Shown here piece after piece: positions 24,856-29,590 of a DNA stretch of 29,590 nt (within the stretch, counting starts at the first letter, position 1; every line of letters starts with the position of its first letter). The notes below the pieces were generated by a model. The model searched no databases. It saw only the letters and a program-made list of their open reading frames with translations, and was not told where the DNA came from. This DNA is from a virus. Its lineage: Duplodnaviria; Heunggongvirae; Uroviricota; Caudoviricetes. A program made the translations under genes and the position numbers. Location of the stretch: the IMG/VR virus record IMGVR_UViG_3300021431_000002. One strand, 5' to 3'.

Positions 24856-25697
24856 AACACTTGTCTTAATCTATTTGTAACGTCTTGTAAAGGTATTAAT
24901 TCGTAGTCACCATCATCCTTTAACCATACAATTCTTCTCGCAATTACCTTTAACCCAATATCTTCCAATGGAATTTGGTAGCAACTCAACTGAGCCGTAT
25001 AATATGACAAAGGCTCTTCATATAAATCGCCAAAAGGAGGCAGAAGAAATTTGTTAGCCTCGTGACTAAACTGTTTGGTTAATTCTTTGTTTGTTTTAAA
25101 ATCAAATATACATAATCCACTCTTGGAATCATCCTCTTCATCCTTGTAGTAAAACAATATATCAAACGTACCACAATAGTCTTGTTTTAAGTTTGTAAGT
25201 TCCTTGTTTTTTCCAGTATAAACCTTTGTCTCAGCCAAAACAAAATGAAGATTTGAATGCAACTCATTATAGAATTTTAATATTGCTTCTTCTTTTGGTC
25301 TTGTTGGAATTAACCAATTTTTATCCTTGATAAATTTGCATTTATTTTCTTCAGTTATAAACTCTGGATGACCATTCCTCAACCATCCCAATGATTCCCC
25401 GTAAGCATGTACTAATGTACCAGTTGTCGTTGCTCTAAGATTCTTAAACCTCCATTCATCAAGCCAATGTTGAGGTGTTTCTCCATGCCTCTCAGCATAA
25501 GCAATTGCTTGTGCTTCCGTGTCAAAAGGATATTGGCAGAATTTATGCGTTACCTCCGATACTGAGGGTAATTGCATTCCATTTAGGAAATATTTATGTC
25601 CTTCCTCAATAAATTCAAGGTCTTTGAATTCCTTTAGTATCTTGTTTCTTATAACTGTAACTTCCTTTGGTTCTCCATTAACTACTATTTTTTTCAT
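24852..25697 (-). CDS. PD-(D/E)XK nuclease (RecB/Cas4-like exonuclease)
   Basis: HKY...PSVSEV, GTLVH, E, YCGTFDIL, IFDFKT and QLSCY motifs. Confidence 0.85.
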   Translation of the reverse strand: MKKIVVNGEPKEVTVIRNKILKEFKDLEFIEEGHKYFLNGMQLPSVSEVTHKFCQYPFDTEAQAIAYAERHGETPQHWLDEWRFKNLRATTTGTLVHAYGESLGWLRNGHPEFITEENKCKFIKDKNWLIPTRPKEEAILKFYNELHSNLHFVLAETKVYTGKNKELTNLKQDYCGTFDILFYYKDEEDDSKSGLCIFDFKTNKELTKQFSHEANKFLLPPFGDLYEEPLSYYTAQLSCYQIPLEDIGLKVIARRIVWLKDDGDYELIPLQDVTNRLRQVL

Positions 25698-25849
25698 TAC
25701 TCTATCATTCTTTTTATTTTTGCAACGAGAGGTTTGACATCAACAACATCAGAAGAATTGAAATGCCCCCAACTTCCTAGACAAGAGTAGCCATGCCATG
25801 TTCTATCCGTAATGAATTTAATTATATTATCTGCCTCTTTCTTAGTCAT
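25697..25849 (-). CDS. Small protein, 50 aa (not in ORF track)
   Basis: MTKKEADNNIKFITDRTWHGYSCLGSWGHFNSSDVVDVKPLVAKIKRMIE*; first ATG after the promoter at 25868; TAATG-coupled to the nuclease. Confidence 0.6.
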   Translation of the reverse strand: MTKKEADNIIKFITDRTWHGYSCLGSWGHFNSSDVVDVKPLVAKIKRMIE

Positions 25850-25867
25850 TATTTAACAATTTTTTTG

Positions 25868-25899
25868 CAAAGATATATAAAATATATTAAAAAAACAAA
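25868..25899 (-). promoter_or_regulatory. -33/-7 promoter for the nuclease-phosphatase unit
   Basis: TTTG (25899-25896), N20, TATCTTTG (25875-25868). Confidence 0.8.
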
Positions 25900-25943
25900 T
25901 TTAATTTAAACAAAATAATGGGAACTATATACTTGCTAGCCAT

Positions 25944-25978
25944 AAAAAAAATGGGTGGGTCTCGGTTGACTCACCCAT
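25944..25978 (-). terminator. Intrinsic terminator (second of a tandem pair after the tail module)
   Basis: ATGGGTGAGTC-AACCGA-GACCCACCCAT followed by T7. Confidence 0.75.
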
Positions 25979-26013
25979 TGTGTGGTATTTTCTGTAAAGA
26001 TTAGAAAGTTAAT

Positions 26014-26043
26014 AAAAATGGTGTACTTTTTTGGGGTACACCA
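26014..26043 (-). terminator. Intrinsic terminator (first of the tandem pair)
   Basis: TGGTGTAC-N9-GTACACCA followed by TTTTT. Confidence 0.75.
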
Positions 26044-26056
26044 AATGACATTAGCC

Positions 26057-26833
26057 TCAAATTTTTGTCAAAACTATTCTTCCTTTAATGTTTGTTGGGT
26101 CAGTAGGAACTCTAAGCCTAATACTAGACGCTTTACATAAGTTTGTTTTTCCAACGACATCATCATACAACGAATCACCAACTTTCAATTTCAATAAATC
26201 ATCTAGAGTGATTGTTTTTACAGCTAGAGCCTCACATCCAGATTCTGCTGACTCAACGTATGGTATTATTTCAATTTCTGTTGGAAGCTCTGATTCTGTG
26301 AATATAAGCATTGCAGAACCATGTGTATAGTTTATTGTAGTGGCGAATGCAGAGCTTGTGGATAATAATGTATATCCAATCTCATATGTTTGCTGTACTT
26401 GTCCACTTTGCGTAACACTTGCGGTGAACTCACAACCATCGCTTGAAGTGAAAACAGCATCTCCAATCCTTTCCAAACTGTTCTCATTTGGAGATACTGT
26501 ACATATGTAACTTTGATATTCCCTTCCAGATTGTATTCTTGTATATGTTATCCAATCGGCTGATTTTGCAGCGTCAAAAACTAGAGCAGACTCTTTAATT
26601 GTTGAATAACATAATGCTTGTGTTCCACCACTTGCTGCAACCTCTGTTCCAAGGTCGAAAAACTTATATCTACCACAACTACAACTTGGAACTGTATATG
26701 TTGTTGACGCAGTACATCCACTATCGTCTGTGTAATTTATTGTGTATACAATATCATCATCGGTAGTGTTTTGTGGAAAATTGAATGTTCCACCAGTATT
26801 TGGAACATTCGGAGTTGAATTCCATGTTGCCAT
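26057..26833 (-). CDS. Virion/tail-associated protein with BACON-like Ig domain
   Basis: DWIT...VSPNE...RIG...SVTQSG pattern; Thr/Ser/Cys-rich. Confidence 0.6.
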   Translation of the reverse strand: MATWNSTPNVPNTGGTFNFPQNTTDDDIVYTINYTDDSGCTASTTYTVPSCSCGRYKFFDLGTEVAASGGTQALCYSTIKESALVFDAAKSADWITYTRIQSGREYQSYICTVSPNENSLERIGDAVFTSSDGCEFTASVTQSGQVQQTYEIGYTLLSTSSAFATTINYTHGSAMLIFTESELPTEIEIIPYVESAESGCEALAVKTITLDDLLKLKVGDSLYDDVVGKTNLCKASSIRLRVPTDPTNIKGRIVLTKI

Positions 26834-26859
26834 ATTGTTATATTATTAAACATATTATT

Positions 26860-27444
26860 TTATGCGTTTGTTGCAATACTAAAATGCACTGCACCACCAT
26901 CGCATGTAACTTCTTTATCTGGTACTATCTGATATTGTGGACAAATCATACCATTTTGTGTGACATTAACTGTTGCACATGTAGTGCCATTCATTTTAAT
27001 GTTAACAGAGCCATTTCTACTGTTAAATGTTGTATTTTTAGAGCATTCAATTCTAATATTAGTGCCGCTTGTAGAAGCAGTTAACCAAGTCGACTGTGTT
27101 GATTCATATGTTACATTAGAAGTACAACTGCTATCTGTAATAGTACCAACTTGAGTTAATGCAGAGCTAGCACTAATATTTAATTCAGTTGTTGTAACAT
27201 TTATCTTGCTACAAGTACAAGTTGGAGCACTACCAATACTTATATCACCTTCACAAACCAATTGATTATTTGTATATGCCTTAGACGTTGCAACGCAAGT
27301 TCCATTGACATCAACTGTAATTGAGCCTTTTGGAATTTCATTCACAATTTCATTATATGTTGGACACAAGCCGCTTGCATAAGATGATGAAATACTCCAA
27401 CCTTGGTCTCTAAGCCATTTTATATTTGCTATTTTATATGCCAT
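26860..27444 (-). CDS. Virion/tail-associated protein with BACON-like Ig domain
   Basis: STWLTAS...I.CSKN...SRNGSV.I....VNVTQ pattern. Confidence 0.6.
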   Translation of the reverse strand: MAYKIANIKWLRDQGWSISSSYASGLCPTYNEIVNEIPKGSITVDVNGTCVATSKAYTNNQLVCEGDISIGSAPTCTCSKINVTTTELNISASSALTQVGTITDSSCTSNVTYESTQSTWLTASTSGTNIRIECSKNTTFNSRNGSVNIKMNGTTCATVNVTQNGMICPQYQIVPDKEVTCDGGAVHFSIATNA

Positions 27445-27463
27445 ATCATTTAGCTAATATTAA

Positions 27464-27504
27464 TAAATGGCTGCATTATAATTCTGTTACAACACAGCCA
27501 TTTT
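27464..27504 (-). terminator. 17-bp hairpin after the tail-fibre gene
   Basis: AAATGGCTG-TGTTGTAA-CAGAA-TTATAATG-CAGCCATTT; inner pairs include GU on the minus strand. Confidence 0.6.
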
Positions 27505-27509
27505 ATTAT

Positions 27510-29590
27510 TTATTGTTTATTTTCTTTTAATTCATTAATGATATTCTCAAGCTCTTTAATCTTCTGCTCAAGATATGCAATCTTAAGAAGACTTAAACCT
27601 GTATAATCAACAGCTTTCATGCCATCACTTGAAGTTGATACTATGAATCCAAGGTTTTCCTTTTCAACATCTTGCGCAATCACGCCAATAACAGTCTTCT
27701 TCTCTTCATCACTCTTGAAATTAAATGACTTAATGTTAACGTTTGCCGCATTTACCATTTTAGCATATGAAACATTTTCAATGTTCTCCTTCAGTCTTTC
27801 ATCCGATGTTGCGTAGAAAGCGTTTGCTGTAACATCACCAGTTACACTTAGTTTACCGTTCAAATAAGTGTCACCATTCTGCCTTATCTCAAATGCATTA
27901 TGTCTTGTTGAATTTGATGTACCATTACCCACACTGAATAATGTGTTACCAGCATTACCAAATGTCGTGGAAGCACTAGATGATACATTATACTGACCGC
28001 TAGCGTGCTCTGATTGGTTATTTGCAACTGTGTACCACCCTTCAGCGTGAGAAGAACTACCATTTGCTTTTGTACTTAAACCTTCAGCGTGAGAACCATA
28101 ATGACCACTTGCTGTTGTACCAAATCCTTCAGCGTGAGAATAAGAACCACTTGCTATTGTGTTTTCTCCTTCAGCGTGTGAATAACCACCATTTGCCTTT
28201 GTACTACTACCTTCAGCGTGAGAATAATCACCACTTGCTGTTGTGCTTTGTCCTTCAGCGTGAGAACAACTGCCACTTGCTACTGTTTGATTACCTTCAG
28301 CGTGAGAACATGTACCGCTTGCTATTGTATTACTTCCTTCAGCATGAGAACAATAACCATTTGCTTTTGTGGAATTTCCTTCAGCGTGGGAAGATGTGCC
28401 ATTTGCTTTTGCGCTACTTCCTTCAGCGTGAGAGAAATCACCACTTGCTGCTGCTCCACCACCTTCAGCATGAGAACTTTCACCACTTGCTGTTGTTTCA
28501 TAACCTTCAGTGTGAGAATACAGTCCACTTGCTGTTGCACCATATCCTTCAGCATGGGAATAATTACCACTTGCTGTTGTTTCATTTCCTTCAGCGTGAG
28601 AGAAACCACCACTTGCTTTTGTGCCACTTCCTTCAGCGTGAGAAGAACTACCACTTGCAGTTGCTAAATATCCTTCAGCATGGGAATAATCACCACTTGC
28701 TGTTGTGTTCTGTCCTTCAGCGTGAGAAGAATAACCACTTGCTGTTGTACTATCTCCTTCAGCGTGAGAATGTTGACCACTTGCTATTGTTAGATTACCT
28801 TCAGCGTGAGAGAAATCGCCACTTGCTGTTGTATCTTCTCCTTCAGCGTGAGAAGAATTACCAAATGCTTTTGTACTAGCACCTTCAGCGTGAGAAGATG
28901 CGCCACTTGCTACTGTTTGATTACCTTCAGCGTGAGAAGCTGTGCCATTTGCTTTTGTGTATCTTCCTTCAGCATGTGAAGAGTCACCACTCGCTATCGT
29001 ATTACTTCCTTCAGCGTGAGAACAATCACCACTTGCTTGTGTACTACCACCTTCAGCGTGTGAACAAGTACCACTTGCTTGTGTACCACTTCCTTCAGTG
29101 TGAGAAAAAGGACCAATTGCTTGTGTACCACTACCTTCAGCGTGTGAACAAGTACCATTTGCTATTGTACTGTCTCCTTCAGCATGAGATTGTACACCAC
29201 TTGCTTGTGTATAAGAACCTTCTGCGTGGGAATATATACCACTTGCAACTATATTATAAATAGTACCGTCATCATCATATCCATCGCCTTCAATTACAGC
29301 ACCCTTGCCAATGTTGGTGTCATAATACTGTGATAAGCTGTTTACAAGTCCAACTTTTGTGCTAGCCGTTGGGTTTATAATTTTTATAAAACCACTTGTA
29401 CCTCCACCACCACCTAAATGGTCTTGAAGCTTAATGTCAGTACTTCCACTTGTGATATAAATGTCACCATTCTGACGAATCTCAAATGCATTATGTCTTG
29501 CATTTTCTGCTGTACCATTACCGACTGAGAATAATGTGTTACCAGCGTTACCAAACGTTGTAGAAGCACTAGATGATACATTATATCTAC
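27510..29590 (-). CDS. Tail fibre/adhesin, 5'-truncated by the window (at least 692 codons), YadA-like 14-aa repeats + C-terminal S74 intramolecular chaperone
   Basis: Read by hand with no stop from 29588 to 27510; the ORF track shows only the last 140 aa from a GTG. S-H-A-E-G repeats; FYATSDERLKENI chaperone cleavage motif; C-terminal coiled coil. Confidence 0.9.
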   Translation of the reverse strand, partial: RYNVSSSASTTFGNAGNTLFSVGNGTAENARHNAFEIRQNGDIYITSGSTDIKLQDHLGGGGGTSGFIKIINPTASTKVGLVNSLSQYYDTNIGKGAVIEGDGYDDDGTIYNIVASGIYSHAEGSYTQASGVQSHAEGDSTIANGTCSHAEGSGTQAIGPFSHTEGSGTQASGTCSHAEGGSTQASGDCSHAEGSNTIASGDSSHAEGRYTKANGTASHAEGNQTVASGASSHAEGASTKAFGNSSHAEGEDTTASGDFSHAEGNLTIASGQHSHAEGDSTTASGYSSHAEGQNTTASGDYSHAEGYLATASGSSSHAEGSGTKASGGFSHAEGNETTASGNYSHAEGYGATASGLYSHTEGYETTASGESSHAEGGGAAASGDFSHAEGSSAKANGTSSHAEGNSTKANGYCSHAEGSNTIASGTCSHAEGNQTVASGSCSHAEGQSTTASGDYSHAEGSSTKANGGYSHAEGENTIASGSYSHAEGFGTTASGHYGSHAEGLSTKANGSSSHAEGWYTVANNQSEHASGQYNVSSSASTTFGNAGNTLFSVGNGTSNSTRHNAFEIRQNGDTYLNGKLSVTGDVTANAFYATSDERLKENIENVSYAKMVNAANVNIKSFNFKSDEEKKTVIGVIAQDVEKENLGFIVSTSSDGMKAVDYTGLSLLKIAYLEQKIKELENIINELKENKQ
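27869..27992 (-). repeat. 124-bp direct repeat, copy A (cap module after the SHAEG array)
   Basis: Encodes YNVSSSASTTFGNAGNTLFSVGNGT...RHNAFEIRQNGD; 18 mismatches vs copy B by hand count. Confidence 0.9.
27995..29250 (-). repeat. 42-bp coding tandem repeat, 29 SH(A/T)EG units plus one EHASG variant
   Basis: ccttcagcgtgagaa-like core recurs every 42 nt (one 45-nt unit); first-to-last spacing 1179 = 28x42+3. Confidence 0.95.
29462..29585 (-). repeat. 124-bp direct repeat, copy B
   Basis: Same peptide block as copy A; differences mostly synonymous. Confidence 0.9.

Larger units (their letters stand above)
1..29590 (-). mobile_element. Segment of a large (jumbo-like) bacteriophage genome, probable Bacteroidota host
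   Basis: Tail fibre with S74-type chaperone, free-standing endonuclease, tRNA cluster and dense co-directional small hypothetical ORFs. Host-like genes lie outside their usual operons (infC without thrS/rpmI/rplT; dnaK and dnaJ without grpE). Confidence 0.85.

Noticed and set aside
24852-25697. cas4 of a CRISPR-Cas locus
   Set aside because: No array or other cas genes; stand-alone PD-(D/E)XK exonucleases are common in phages.
1146-27816. Most other plus-strand and nested ORFs in the track (e.g. 1146, 6326, 7991, 12635, 13045, 20061)
   Set aside because: Antisense or overlapping shadows of well-supported minus-strand genes, with no recognisable motifs.
27995-29250. CRISPR-like array
   Set aside because: The 42-bp period keeps the reading frame and encodes a protein repeat; there are no unique spacers of CRISPR type.
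28022-29263. Plus-strand and off-frame ORFs with LLL/H/C repeats (28022, 28218, 28322, 28898)
   Set aside because: Shadow frames of the tail-fibre repeat array.
27869-29585. Diversity-generating retroelement TR/VR pair in the tail fibre
   Set aside because: Differences between the two 124-bp copies are mostly synonymous and not adenine-specific; no reverse transcriptase in the window.
1-29590. Bacterial chromosomal housekeeping region (dnaK, dnaJ, infC, tyrS, ssb, nadE, sigma)
   Set aside because: Genes lack their normal operon partners, are interspersed with phage-type hypotheticals and an endonuclease, and abut tail genes.

Overview
AT-rich segment of a large (jumbo-type) bacteriophage genome. 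The host is most likely Bacteroidota: 11 minus-strand TTTG-N19/20-TAnnTTTG (-33/-7) promoters head the gene clusters, and there are BACON-like domains. All but one credible gene lie on the minus strand. From left to right the window holds: a tRNA/ncRNA cluster (three tRNA-Glu, one of them degenerate; a Sec-like tRNA relic; a ~150-nt end-paired ncRNA); a telA operon; ssb; rtcB; nadE; a divergent tyrS with a free-standing endonuclease; a DUF2828 (TROVE/Ro-like + vWA) gene with a divergent HTH gene; a sigma-70 factor; infC; a macro-domain gene; an AAA ATPase; dnaJ; dnaK; HAD and CX5R phosphatases; a PD-(D/E)XK nuclease; and the end of a tail module (two BACON-like proteins and a long tail-fibre gene with 29 14-aa SHAEG repeats, mostly missed by the ORF track). 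The leading candidate system is a Y-RNA/YrlA-like ncRNA whose promoter is 35/35 identical to that of the Ro/TROVE-like gene, with RtcB and two phosphatases in the same region. This suggests a phage RNA-repair or counter-defence module. All family calls come from motifs read by eye; no searches were run.
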